This document shows positions 1 to 13,800 of a stretch of 64,000 bases of DNA, in pieces. Positions within the stretch are counted from its first letter, which is position 1. The number at the start of each line of letters is the position of its first letter. The DNA is from Tubiluchus corallicola (lineage: Eukaryota; Animalia; Priapulida). The translations under genes were made by a program, and so were the position numbers. Location of the stretch: contig JAQGDQ010000036.1 of assembly GCA_030141605.1 (NCBI GenBank), positions 62,001-126,000 on the forward strand, in the 5' to 3' direction. The notes under the pieces were generated by a model, which made no database searches, was not told the origin of the DNA, and saw only the letters and a program-made list of their open reading frames with translations.

Positions 1-548
1 ATGTTGACTTGTAAAGATTAATATGTAGATAAGAATTTGTTGATAAAAATCACATAATACTTGCATGTTATATAAAATGTAATTTATTGTGTGGTATTTA
101 TCAGTAAACTTTTATCTTATCTTAATATTAATCTTAATCAGTTTGTAAGTTGATAAGATAATGGAAAAATTATGTGTACCAATTAAAATAGTTCTGCTAA
201 TAAATTTTCCACGCCAGTTTGCATGTAATCTATTATTATTCAAACCTACAGACGGCATTCAATGAATAAGACTTCCTTGTAAACTAATCTTTTTTAGTTT
301 ATAGCATTCTTATTTTCCATTTCTTTAGGTTTTCTTGGTTCCTAAATATATTTTTATTGCTTCTTGTGACTTGGTTAGAATTGCTGTATTACAGCTACTA
401 ATTAGCTGGATTTTGTATCCTTTTATGATGATACAACATAATGTTTAGATATCGTGTTTCTGAACTGCGACATAATCTTGCTTCATTTCGTGTTTTATAA
501 CAGTATTTTTATATGTTTAACCAATTTATAAAATTTGTCAAGTTTCAG

Positions 549-3500
549 TGAGAATGGAAGTTGGTGCAAAGAAGATCATGATAAATTTATGCTTGCACTT
601 GACATATATGGATCAAAAGACATGAGCAACAAAAGGGCATACTATTTGGACATGATGAAAAGAATTTTGCCTCATAAATCCTATGTTGATCTTGTAAGTA
701 CCGTTGATTTAAAAGCCTTATTTGATGATTTTACTTAGAGTCATCACTACTTCTTGTTAAAGATAATAATTAATACAGCATCTAAATTAGACCTTCTGGC
801 AGAATGAACATGGTATACTTTTACTCACTGATGAATATCATGGGTATATGCAGTCACAAATGACATGTTACTTCCCTCAATAAGTAAATGATATTACAGT
901 GTAAATGATGTAAATGAATTAAGCATAATACTTACCTACTTTTCAGTTAACATAAACATAAATACTTAACAGTTTACTGTGTTGCTATTTCCAGTGCGAT
1001 GTAAATAACTCAGCTCCAGTGGCATAACGGGAGGGGGCAGTCCGCCCTGCACGTCACTTTGATCAAGTTCACTGAAAAAATTGATTCTGTCAGAATGGTA
1101 GAACAAATGTGTTACAAAATTTATATAACATGCGTACTGTAGGCAACTATTGTTGTCTAATTTGCGCTTTGATAATTGTTGTAGGCCTAGTGACGTATGG
1201 TTTGTCTACCATAATTGTGCGTCTGTTTTTATAGGCATTATGGTGTTTGCGTTCATTATTTTGGAGTTCGTTTAAGCTTTCACATATGCTTTTGGATTCC
1301 AGTGTGTGATTTGCTTAACATTAATTTGTAATTGAAACATTTAAACATTGTTTGGCGTGTTTGTATATTCTAACTAACAGACGACAAAATGTGTGGCAAT
1401 ATAATATTCCACGAAAACAATGCTTGTAGCACTAACTGTTGAAAGCTTGCAGTAAAGGAAGATGATAATGACTAGTGATTTAATATTTTTGTAATATTCG
1501 CATAGTTTTTCTTTTCTTTCATATAAAAATATTTGCACAGTACCAAAACTGTGCCTTCGGTACTTTAAACTCCCGACTCCGACTCCGACTTTACAGTTTT
1601 AGGAGCCCCAACTCCGACACTGACTCCTGTCTTTAAATAATAGTGTGTAGTACTCTCAATTTTTAGGAGCTTTGCTGCAGTGGCATGAATCACCACCTCT
1701 TATGCTCAAGTTCTCTAAAAGATATTTGCAAAATTGAAAACACAATGTAAATATTTTTAAGAACAACAGGTACTAACAACACGCTGTAATTGCTCAGGGT
1801 AAGAACAATGAACGGACTAAGTCATAACAATCTTTAGTTTACTTTTCCTGATATAATTAACTTAACATGACCTAATATACATTAGTTTTAGGTGCAATTG
1901 TTTTCAAAGAAACTGGAGTCGGAGTTTGTCTGTTTTTACCAACTCCAACACGGACTTCTCTAACAATAAATGTACTCTTGGGTCCCGATTCCCACTCCAA
2001 AATCCTAATTTTTGACAACTCTGACTTCTTTAGCAATAGATTTACAGTCAAGTTCAACTCCAAAGCCCTGCACATTACACGTCTTGAATGTACTTTTAAG
2101 TATACTTTAAATCATGTTCTTCCCTGTGTCATTGTTAGAGGCAATGTGTAAAATTCCTTAACATTTATAAAATTCCTAAGCATTTCATATAATACCTATG
2201 TATTTTGACGAAAGTGTGAAATAAATCTTTTTAAGTGGCATTTCTAACACTTTACCTACACGTTTTGTATAGTAGTTAGGACCTGCATAGAATGCATAAA
2301 GTATAAAATCAACATAATTCACATTGAATCTAACTTTTCCTAGATATTTCATACTTTGCCCAGTCAGTGCATAGAATGCATAAAACAACTTAGTCAATGT
2401 ATTAAATTAAGAGCAGGTCAAATAAGCAGGCAAGTTAATTGTTTTCTTGGGAACTATGGAACATCACCATCTTTGACAAGCCACTTGGCCAGGTAGACCA
2501 TGCATTTACTTATGAAGCCTGCTCTCTGCAAGTGCACTTCCGAAAAAGGTGTGGCCCAGCATCAAATCGGAGCAGCTTATGCGCTTTTGAGAAGATTATG
2601 AAACAAACCTTTATGAGCAAACAACTAAGCCAAAAATGAAACTCAAGACTGTTGCAGTTGCTGTGGCACATATATGAAGTTTATGTTAGTGCTATTGTTG
2701 CTGAAATAAATTCATTGTAAACCTCATATTCTAGGAATTTGGGTGGTGCAAAAAGTACCTTACAATTAAGGCAAACAAAATTAAGTTGGCGCATTATAGC
2801 TATTTTTTGTTGTTGTATATAACACAGTGTGCGACAACACAGAAAAAATGTAACTAACGACAGTAATGCCACTAATACGTCTATGCTATTGCCCAAATTG
2901 TAAATAATCCACAATATTTTTTTATTTAAAAAAATCAGTGTTTTGACTGCACACTAGCATTAATCTTCTCTGAAGATGGCTGCTAGTGTGCTGGTGAAAC
3001 TGAGTTTTTCTTTGGTAATTATTTTCCTGTTTTTATGTAAAATTAGGTTGACCATGAAACTTGGTGGTTTGCGCAAAAGCACTACGTTAATGCTCAGACT
3101 GCTCTGATCAGTTCCTGGCACCGTACCAGGGATGATTTGTTGCAGAAGACTAAAGCAGTGTTTGCTGAAGCTTGCATTGCCTATGAACAAGATCGCCAAC
3201 TATGGGAGGATAAAGGAAGGCAAAAAGTCAAGTGTCAAGAACTGCACAAAAAAGTATTTAGATTTTGGGTCATCAGTATAATTTAATTGAACAGTTTCAA
3301 ATCATATCAAAAAACCCCTGTCCATTGCTTAAAGGGAATTTCAAAGTATATCCCAAAATAACTTTCTGTACAAAGTTGCATTACTTAACATCACCCTTAC
3401 GTAATTAAAAAAGGAAATACTTAATAATTTAAAATGTTCGCCTCACCTGGTCAAATGGCATTGCATCGCCATCCCAGTATATACCACTGATTCACCAAAA

Positions 3501-6500
3501 ACACATTGTTGACCTTATTGACAATATAAAGTAATTTAAACATTTGCTTAGTTAGTGAAGAATGTGCTACGAATGCTCAAATTATTTTTTCAAACTTTGC
3601 TGAGTATTATGTAAACGTGTTTCGAATGCTTCACCATAAAAATGGTTGTGCCTAACAGGGTTTAAATTTACTAGTTTCATGCAGTGTTACTGCTAACCCA
3701 CCCCTTGTATGCAACAAAATAACATGTAAGGTCTATAAAATTTCATGACAAATTTTTAAGCTTTATTTGTGAAGAGTTGTACTGTAATTCAATATTTATT
3801 ACATAAACAACACTAATTTATGGATAATTCTTAATAAAGTAATCTATGCCAAAATACTTTGTTAGCTATGATTTCTATTTGAAATGTCTCAAATGTAGTG
3901 TTTAACTTTTACTAGCACTTCAGTTTCTATAATTTTCATGGAACATCAATTTGAGTAGAAGAAAAAGCTTCACATATCTAAAATTTTCTTTTGTAGAAAA
4001 GTTGCTTTTAATCTGTTGTTTGCACTCTTCATCTTTAACTTGAAGTAAAAGTTTAAAATATCTTGATGGTCACATTCTTTCCAATATAAATAAAATCACT
4101 ACACACTGAAAGTTTCATTCTTTTTCAAAACCACTGCGTAGTTCATTAAGACATTGTGAGTTTAGAACATAAATCTTTGTACCGAGCTATTAACTGTACC
4201 AGAATGACTGATTTAGGTGTGTTTTTGGAAGAAGAAGAAAATGGAGATTTTGCAGTTAGAGCAGGAATTAGAAGCCATTGCAAACCAAGAAGCTGAGTCC
4301 AGAAAAAAGCAGGCTGATGAGCAGAAAGCTAAAATTGCTGCCATAAAGAAAGAAAGGGTAATAAGTATTACACCTGTTTTTATTTGACTTTTAAGTAGCT
4401 GAAAATAGATGATATCACTGATGAGTGGTACTGCAGTAATTGAACCAAACATGTTAATGTCTTTTTAAAAACTAGGAATGTAACTATGTTACTATGTTAC
4501 TTTTATAGTAATGAAAATGTAAACACATTTTACTATGCAGTCTGCATTAGCTGTCAATATATGTGTTTGAGTAAGAAATAACTAAAGAAAAATACATTCA
4601 ACCATTCTTGAACATTTAGATATACTGATTGAACAATGCTGCTTAAGCAGATTTGTTCAAGTTGAATGAATAAAAAGAAGCCTGACAGTTTGTAATCTGC
4701 CTGAAATTGCAAGATGTAAATTAATTTTCAGCACTTGTTTAGCAGTGTTGCAAATCCAAGTCGTATAGAAACAACTAGTTCACTATACTGAACAAGTGAC
4801 ATGTTTCTTTTTCTGTCCAGCAGCTAAATCGTAATAATGTTACTTTTTGAAAATAATGGTCTCGCTTCTGAATATGAGTTGTTTACTGTGTTTTTTATAG
4901 GAAAACACAAGCAGTACTGCAGCCAATTTTTCAAATTGTTCATCTACTACTATTGAGATTTTTTGAATATTAGTAATTGAATAAAAGACTAGTAAAATCA
5001 TTAGGGTTTTTATGTTGCCAAATGAATATTGTATTTACTGAAAGTTCTTGCAGCTACTTAGCCTAATTTGGCCCCTGTCATTTAATCTGTTATCAATGAT
5101 TTCTTGCTTGTTGTGCAGATGTTTTGAATGTGTGAAAGTAGGAAGCTGCTTTATGCAAATTCATCAACCGAGACTGCCTTACAAATTGCTAATTTTATAA
5201 GTCCAAAAAATTTAAATTTAAGTTCATCTCTTACTGTAAAAGTGTTGAGAATGTTTTGGTAATGGTGATGGAGTAATGACCTATTTAAATAATTATAGTA
5301 TTTCATGTTACTTTTAAAAATGCATTTTATGGAGTGAGCCCTTATATAGCATTTATTAAGGCTGTTTCTTGATATTTTTCAAAATCAACATTTTATTTTA
5401 TGGAACATTGTCTGACACATCTGACAATTTTTTGATTCTTTTAATACTTGTAGGTGCAAAAATTCAAAGCAGGAAGACAGGAACTACTAGTTGAGAAACA
5501 AAACATACAAGCAGCTAAACTAAAGGAACTCCACGCAGAACACACCCTACAAGCAGCTCATAATAGAACAAGAATTGCTTTTAGAGAAAAGCTTTTAGCT
5601 GAACGTTTTAAGGAAAAGCAAGTGCAAAAAGAAATAAAGTTGTGGCAAGAACAAGAGCTGCAGAAACAGCTAGATTTAATTAGACTACAGGTACCAAGCT
5701 TATGTTTATATCACGTTTTTGTCTCGCTGTATATAAAACTGACAGATAAAGAAAAATCTGTTAAAGTATAATTAATCAAATTTATTTAGCATAAAGGTGA
5801 CAAATCCAGTTTTGCTTATTTGATAATATTTTTCATATGTTTGTTTGTCTAGGTAAGGATAACTGCTGACAAAGATCCAGTTCGAGTTAGAAGTGCAACA
5901 GTAGCCTCCACTGCAAGAACGGTGATAGATGACACTAGCTTTGAAGTAGATTTACAAAAGCCTCTTTTTCGTGTTCATAGCTACACGTCTCAAGAGGCAA
6001 GTAAATGAAATGTTTTTTGATATTAGCTAGTATCACTGATATCGAGTAAGATGAATAACTGAGCTTTTGTAAGAATTGAAGTTAAGAAAGTGAACTGCTT
6101 CACTTCTCATTCTTAACGGTTTCATTTGCCATGCTGATTTTGGTTGTTTACCCTGTATACCCTTTTAGAGAACGGTCATCCAAACTTGACTGAGATACCT
6201 CTGTCTTCTTGAGGTATAATCTTGATAAATAGTCAAGTTTCTGTGTTGTCACAATCCATCTTCCACCAGATACTGGATTCTGGTTATCAGGATTGTAAAT
6301 TGTGGAAAAAATTGGCTAAAATTAGCTAGAATAACACCCTAAGGCACAGAAACATTTGAGCAAAATTTTGGAATAAACATGCCCTCACTTTTGATTTGTT
6401 TGAACAGGTTTTCCTATAGGTTGCTTATAACGTACAGCTTTGTTTAGTTTACTGTACTATATAGGTAATAATTAAAATATGTTCAAGTGCATGATAGCTC

Positions 6501-6769
6501 TGCAGTAAATATTTTTTGATATTTTAATAAAAAATGGCAATTTACATTTATGACTTGACGTTGTTTAATCTGATAATTCAGCATTACCTTAGTTTTGCCG
6601 TTCTATTTTTTTACAGATATCTGCAGACCCACGTGTGAGATTTGAAGCTAAGTTACGAGAACAGAATCTTTTACATAGTGAATATGGACGATTATTGCTC
6701 AAGAACATGAAGCCACTTCATTTGCCTCGCCCTGACCAGATGTCCACCTTCACATTTTCTGAGCAATAA
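549..6769 (+). CDS. CCDC148: Coiled-coil domain-containing protein 148, 3' portion (5' exons lie upstream of the window)
   Basis: Phase-consistent exons 549-693, 3047-3253, 4217-4357, 5454-5690, 5853-5996, 6617-6769 (TAA). Translation includes YYLDMMKRILPHKSYVDL|VDHE, FAEAC, DPVR, LQKPLF and ISADPRVRFEAKLRE, which resemble vertebrate CCDC148 ([43 protein letters not shown]) as recalled. Last intron uses a GC donor. AATAAA at 7057-7062. Confidence 0.88.
1568..2070. mobile_element. Non-autonomous DNA transposon relic (hAT-like) with GACTCC/GGAGTC sub-terminal repeats
   Basis: Clustered actccg/actcc repeats at 1568-1628, inverted ggagtcggagt near 1915-1925, ending ...aactccaaagccctg (a CAGGG terminus on the minus strand) at 2070. 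Other end not found. Confidence 0.45.
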
Positions 6770-7176
6770 TATATTTTTTTATAATAATATGATACTGCCT
6801 TACCACAGTGTGATATATAGATTTCCTGCCTGTTTTATAACTAAGTCACAGTATACTTTTTAGATATTGCAATATTTTAAAAACGTGTATTAATATTGTA
6901 TACATCTGATAGTTTTTTGTTAGCGTGTTATTTGTTATGTGTCCGAAATTTTAAAATGCCAAATTTGTGACCAAAGCAATTAATATTAAAAAGTGATTTT
7001 TTTATTAGCAGCACGTAAAATTTTTATTAACTGTTCTAAAATGTTGTGTTACAATTAATAAATTGTGCATGCAGTATATCTTCCTTTCATTAGATTTGCT
7101 GGTTTTCTTTGCAGTCTTTAGCAAAAATGCTTTGTGAAAAGCAACCATTACCGATAAGACTGTTGTCAGCCTAGCA

Positions 7177-7221
7177 ACTCTTCCCCCCTCTCTCTTTCTC
7201 TGTCTTCTTGCTCTTCACTCT

Positions 7222-7293
<72 letters not shown>

Positions 7294-7335
7294 TCTCCCT
7301 CTCCTTCCTGCTCGAGTCTGTTCCTCCATTTCTCC
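7177..7335. repeat. Interrupted (CT)n/(GA)n microsatellite and polypyrimidine tract between CCDC148 and DLAT
   Basis: Directly visible; explains the spurious ERER ORFs at 7171-7425. Confidence 0.95.
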
Positions 7336-7454
7336 ACTCCTTTGAGTTGATTCAGGGAGCTGACCCGATAGCAATTTATCTTTCGATACTCTTTCACATA
7401 CCTTCCTTGAAATTCGTTCGTGCAAAGTTTGATTTTCTTGAATAGTTAATTTGT

Positions 7455-7873
7455 CAGCCGGAAGTTGTTTGCTTTGTATTATTGGTATTTATAAAGAGGT
7501 AAATAAAAAGTGTTTATGTCCATGTTCCTTTATGAACAAATTATCTATCAATATCATTAACAATTTTATTTATGTAAAATACGAAGTTGTCCAAAGGCAT
7601 TCTATTATCCTACCTAATCACGGTAAACTGACGCCAAAAGATAATGTAAAAAATATTCTTTTCGTACAACAGATGGCAGACATATCGGTCCAGTCAGCGA
7701 CCTTTGCGGCAGTCGTTCTTTAGCGCCTGACCTAGCGTTAGCGTACCGCGGAGTATTGGACTGTGGTGGTGTGTTCGGCTAAGTGAAAGCTTGAAAACCG
7801 CTTTTAGCATTGCAGTACTGCGTACTGTTTTAATAAAATTGAATTTGTTTAATTAGGCCGCTAAGAAACAATC
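7455..7873 (+). promoter_or_regulatory. Probable DLAT promoter and 5' UTR
   Basis: ETS-type ccggaagt at ~7459 and a locally CpG/GC-enriched patch at ~7670-7800 just upstream of the ATG at 7874. TSS not determinable. Confidence 0.4.
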
Positions 7874-10800
7874 ATGGTTTTGTCGGCCTACAGAATTTTC
7901 TCAGGAATGGTAGTGAAAACTAGTACACGAATTTTGAAACGACATTCAAGTAGATGTCTGTCATCTGTCAAAATTTTAATGAGACAACCAAAACCTTCAA
8001 TCTCGTCTGCTAATAACGCATTTGGGTAAGACTCTTTCATTAGAAACAAGGTTTTAAGCGTTTTACTGCCGCGTGCTCGTGTGAGTATTCATAAAGTCAT
8101 GATTATACTGTAGTGTATTATTTATTACATACCTAATTGTATTACGATACCATGCCGTGCCGCCACTCTTAAAATATGAGTGGTAGAGGTTAATCGAGCA
8201 AGCTCATTGTAACCCCATATTTCGTATCTAAATATCTATCCAGCTTATTCTTGAACTTGTTCACTGAAGATTAGCAATTTCAGATGGGAGTTCATTCCAC
8301 TCTCCGTGAAAAAATATTTTCTACAATCCAATTTAGCTCTGTATTTATAACTTTTTAGAGAATGCCCCCTCTGGTTCTGCCATCACCAGCGTAAACATTT
8401 TTTTCTTTTTCCATGCCACCTAACCCATGTATAATTTTATACGTTAATATCAAGTCTCCTCAACTGCAAGTGTGTAAGTGAGATTGTAAGTAAGAGTTTC
8501 TAACCCTCTCTTGGTATGATATTTCCTCCATACCATATGCAGCATGCCCTCTAGAAATTTAATGTCTTTTCTATAGTGTGGATTCCATGCTTGTATGCAA
8601 TACTCTAATTTAGGTCTTACCAAGCTTTTGTACAATTTCATGATTGTCATGATGTCTCTAGATACAAACAAAACTGTATTATGCATAACTGCACACATTT
8701 CGCATTATAATTGCATTTATTTTCAATGTGTATTTCATTATGGCTTTATTATACACATACTGGTTATTGGTATTGTTTAAAAAATCACATATAAATTGGC
8801 TTACTAATTTGAAGATGCTAGGGTAGCTCACAGTTGCTTTGATGTCTCACTTGGTCACTCTGTTAAATGTTTCAGGTAATCGATTTTGAGTGCTGGAGGT
8901 AACTTATACTTTATGTAACTAGTGTATGCGATTCTGTGTAACAGGTGTTTATAATTTCCTTATCTGCTTAGTAAGGGAATTTTACTCTGAATTTTGAATT
9001 TGTGAGGTTTTACTTCAGTGTTTATACCAGTAAAAGCTAGACTATCCTGTTTTCTAAAAGTACCTGTCGTGAATGCGGATTAGGTTGTTGTTTTTTTGTA
9101 AGTATTTTAGAACTTTTAATCTTTTTAGCTCTTTACAGAAAGGGGGAAGCAATTATTGGGTAACTGAAAACTCTGTTGATTTAAACCTCAAGTCCGCATT
9201 GAGGTGCAAATATATGATTAAAATAAAGTTTATTAGTATCAAAATTCTGAGTAGTAATGCCGTTTATAGAAAACAAGTTACACAAACATTTAACAAGTGA
9301 TATTTGCAATGATTATATGGAAAAGGACGATTACATGATAATGTCCATGCAAACAAATACAGCTAAATGCTGCATTTTAAGCAGAGAAAAATAAAGCTAA
9401 ATGCTATGTATGAGCCATTGGCTATAGTAAGTTAACGACTACATCAAAATGAGCATGAGTGAAACAATTTACATAAACACTGCAAAATACAAATATAATG
9501 ACTACTTAGCGATAATTGCATACGAATTATCCTCGATAAGGAAGAGGTTGAGTGCCATAATTCAATGTTATGTCACTCAAAGTTAGGTAGAAAAATTGTT
9601 GACAAGATTACAGCTATATATACCTTCTGAGAAGGAAGCTATATGCAAGTGATTTCACGGCTTATTGAGAATGAATCCAAAGCTAGTTTACATAAAGTTA
9701 AATGCATACTATGAAAACAGGTTTGCTAGGGCACATCCATGCAACCACAAATAAACACTTTTACTCGAGAACCACCATACTGGCATTGTTTTCAACAGTA
9801 CTATCATTATTGATATTTACATTTTTGTCAATTTGTTTACTTACAGTGAAAGATGTCATGCATTACCTTGCACACTAAGTGGACATACGTTATCATTTCT
9901 TAGATTTTGTTGCAGTAAGTGTTATATTATTTGATTGCTTTAGAAGTTATATTGGAGTGTGGCAATGCATACAATTTTAAATATCATGCATGTTGTTAAA
10001 ATTGATTATATTGTTTATTTTTGTCTTCGTGATGCCTTCTCAATTATTTACAGCATTAAAGTTATTATGATTTATAGTTATCAAGTCATCTTTGGCATCA
10101 TTCTGAATTAATTATTTTACTAGCAAAGGCTCCGCAAAAAATTTTACGCATAAATACACTCATAATCAAAATACATGGACATCCTGTCTAGGGTTCGTTT
10201 GCTTACCTAACGCAAAGTCAGCAGCAGCAGCTTTTACTGAATTAAAGTTATAGACAGAGTATAATGGATGACGGCACAACAATGGCTTTGCGTCAGCAGT
10301 TTTTTAAGCGAAAATTGCCAAAAATAGAACATCTAATTAACTTGTTGATACTCCTCTCAGTGGACGTGTCCTAAAATATAGCCCACATCATCGTGTAGCA
10401 CTGTTTTTCCTGTTTCTGAAGAGCTATATATCTCCTCTTGAGAGTCCCACAAGGCGCCGCTAGAACATTTTTTCCGCATACTGTTTGGTCAAAATTTCGA
10501 AAAAATCTGGGAAAATGCCCGTTGGGAAAATGCCCGTTGCGGGACACCGTGGCCCTCTCGCAAATTCTAAATATGCCTACTATACCCACCGCTGAATGGG
10601 CTATCTATCCAGCACCATCCGTGGCCCGTTCCCGTTCTTCGGATCTCAGGCATATAAGTTTTGCAAAAAACGGCCGAAAAATGGCCATTTTGGAGGTTTT
10701 TCCAAAAACATATATATATTTCAGTAGAATTAATATATATGATTTACAAATTTTTGTTAAAATAAAGCTGTAAAGAAAATGAATGGGGATTTAAGGAAAT

Positions 10801-13800
10801 TAATCTGATAACACCTTATTTTCACATTAGGTGGAGATTTACCAGAACACTTCAAAATTGCACTACCAGCTTTGTCTCCAACTATGGAAATGGGTACAAT
10901 TGTTAACTGGGAGAAGAAGGAAGGTGACCAGCTTAATGAGGGAGACTTGTTGTGTGAAATTGAAACTGATAAAGCAACTATGGGATTTGAAACTCCAGAG
11001 GAAGGTTTCTTAGCAAAAATACTCATTAAGGAAGGAACAAAAGATGTGCCGATTGGAAAAGTGTGTTTCATCTTATTTTTTGTGACGCTGTTTAATTTTC
11101 TGCTTGTTTACCAAACAGTTTAAAAATTGTTTTCTCTGCATAAGACTGTGTTAACTACATGTGTTTAAATCTTCTAGACTTTTTTGAGATCATCATTGAT
11201 TTAGCGAATCCACTATTACTGGATCTAGATAAATGCGACGAATCTTGGTTTAATTTGAGTATCATCTGCTGAATCCAGCTATTATATATAGTTTACTAAA
11301 TTCAGTTTTTTGGACGCTTTGACTTGGATTTGCTAATTCTTGGATTCTGACGCTACATGTATACATTTACTTTTAGTAGCCTGTATGGGACATCAAATTA
11401 TCTAACGACATCCTGCGTATAATATCTGATACTTATATGAGTACTTAGTAAGGTGGAAAATTATATCAAGTTTAGCACTTTTAAAATTATAGAAATTGAA
11501 ATATGCGGAAGCATAATTACACTTGTAACCAGCAATCTATTAGCAGTTATATTACTAATTTAATTTCCCCCACTCGTATAATAGTGCGGATCGCTTAAGT
11601 GCCTGTAAGTGTGTACGTGTCATGCAAATTTGGTGGCTGTTATGAAATTTGCATCATATGTACCGAGAGAAGTCGGCTTCTATTAGACTATTGTATACAC
11701 TTGATTTTCAGAGGGTGAGCTGCAATCTAATGTTGTGTAAGTCTTACTGTCTTTGCAATAATATTGTTTAAATCGCTTAGTAAAAACGCCTTGTTGTATT
11801 ACAGTAAAATGCAGTGGATAACACAGTTGCGTGGATTGCGTAATTAGCTCGTGTTACAGTCAAATCTATGGGATATAATTTACCAAATCAGGGTCTTTCA
11901 ATCCTGTCGAATATCGTATCGAACTTCGGATCCGGTGCATCGCTCAGCACTAATGCATTGACTTGTTTGCAATGAGTATGACAATTACTGCCTAATTGTA
12001 GTTTTTAGTTTAAAAACTGTTCTTTTTATTTGCCATTGCAGTTACTGTGCATTATCGTAGCTAACAATGACGACATAGCGGCTTTCAAAGATTTTGTTGA
12101 TGATGGATCTGTAGCAGCTCCTCCTCCTGCACCAGAACCTCCTGCGCCACCCAAACAGGCACCCGTGCCACCACCACCGTCTCCTCCTGCAAAAGCTCAG
12201 CCTGCTGCTGCTCCACCACCTACATTCACGTCATTTCCTGCAGCAACAATGCCACCCCCGCCAGCTACAACTCTACCAGCACCAGGAGCTTCACTAGGAG
12301 GGGAAAGAATATTTGCTTCGCCTTTAGCTAAAACAATGGCAGCTGAACGAGACATTGACTTGTCTGTAAGTAAAGTGTTTCTTACATTACTAGATCTCCA
12401 TATTTCAACAGTTTACGTGCTTTTGATATATTATTTCAACCCACTACAACAGTGGGAAACTTCGCAAACTTTACAGTTTTTATAAGATGTGAAGTGCCTT
12501 TTGTGACAGCGCGACATGTGATAAGTGCTTTACAATGTATCGCTTTGATGCTCATCAAGCTGAGGACCAAAGACGTAAAAAGCTATATTCTTGTTGAGCT
12601 CACGATCTCAATGACATGCTGAACTCGAGTAAAATGCTTTACCTTTTTTTAAGTGAATTCTATTTGAATCTTTGCAGCTGGTTACGCCATCTGGACAAGA
12701 TAAAGTAATACGTGCATCAGATATAGAAGCATTTGCTTCAGCTGCACCACCACTTGTTTCAGCTGCCCCAGCTGCCACATATGTTGATGTTCCACTTACT
12801 AACATGCGACAGGTAATATATTTTGAATTAATAAAAATGTCACTACAATGTTCTTGTAATTCTTTGTCATTAATGTAAAATATGATGGATCTTGTTTTTA
12901 CAGGTAATTGCAAAGCGGCTGGTCTTGTCGAAACAAACAATACCTCATTATTACTTATGTATAGATGTTGAAATGGATAAAATTATAAGGTAATCATAGA
13001 GATTATGGATATAATGTTATTGTCAGGTTTGAAATTTGACATATTTACTTATTGTATAGATTTTTTTGACTATTAAGAAGTATATGAAATTTCCAAAATT
13101 TTTATTTAATTAAACTCATTAAAAGACTTGCCAAAAGAAGCAGTTGAGATTGCAAAATTACTTAAGTTGCTATAAAATTGCGTAATAAAACTGTCAAGCA
13201 GTGGTTTTTCTACTCTTTAATTAATTTTGTTTCATTTTGACAGCATGCGAAAAGAATTTAATCAGCATTTAGAAAAAGAAGGTATCAAGTTATCAGTAAA
13301 TGACTTCCTTGTAAAAGCAGCAGCATTGGCGTGTAGGAAAATTCCTGAAGTCAACTCATCATGGATGGATAACTTTGTTAGACAGTATGTATTTACACAT
13401 TCCTCTTAATGTACTAGGTATTATGTAAAGAAATGTTTTTATTGAACTCTTACACAAGTGTAGGTAATATGCAAGTCTCATGTTGACTAATGGTTATCTC
13501 TAGCAGGCAATGTTGACCATGCGAATTTAATTTCAGATACACTTCAGTAGATATCAATGTTGCTGTAAGTACTGAAGGAGGACTTATAACTCCTATCGTC
13601 TTTGGAGCTGATAAAAGGGTAAATATTGCACTGTTGCACTGCCAATCGCTGTCTCTCCACTGCTTAGTAGTTACACCCAACTGTAACGTGTTATAATTGA
13701 ATCAATCAAATCTATTTACAGTGGCTAATTATTTGCCTCTTATTCATTGTTTAGTAATAACCTCTAACTATACTGCTTAGTAACAAGACCCATATGAATT

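Noticed and set aside
10371-10773. 111-aa and 72-aa ORFs in DLAT intron 2
   Set aside because: They overlap a repeat-like tract (gggaaaatgcccgtt twice; similar sequence at ~14090-14340) and show no protein motifs. Probably a non-autonomous TE relic.
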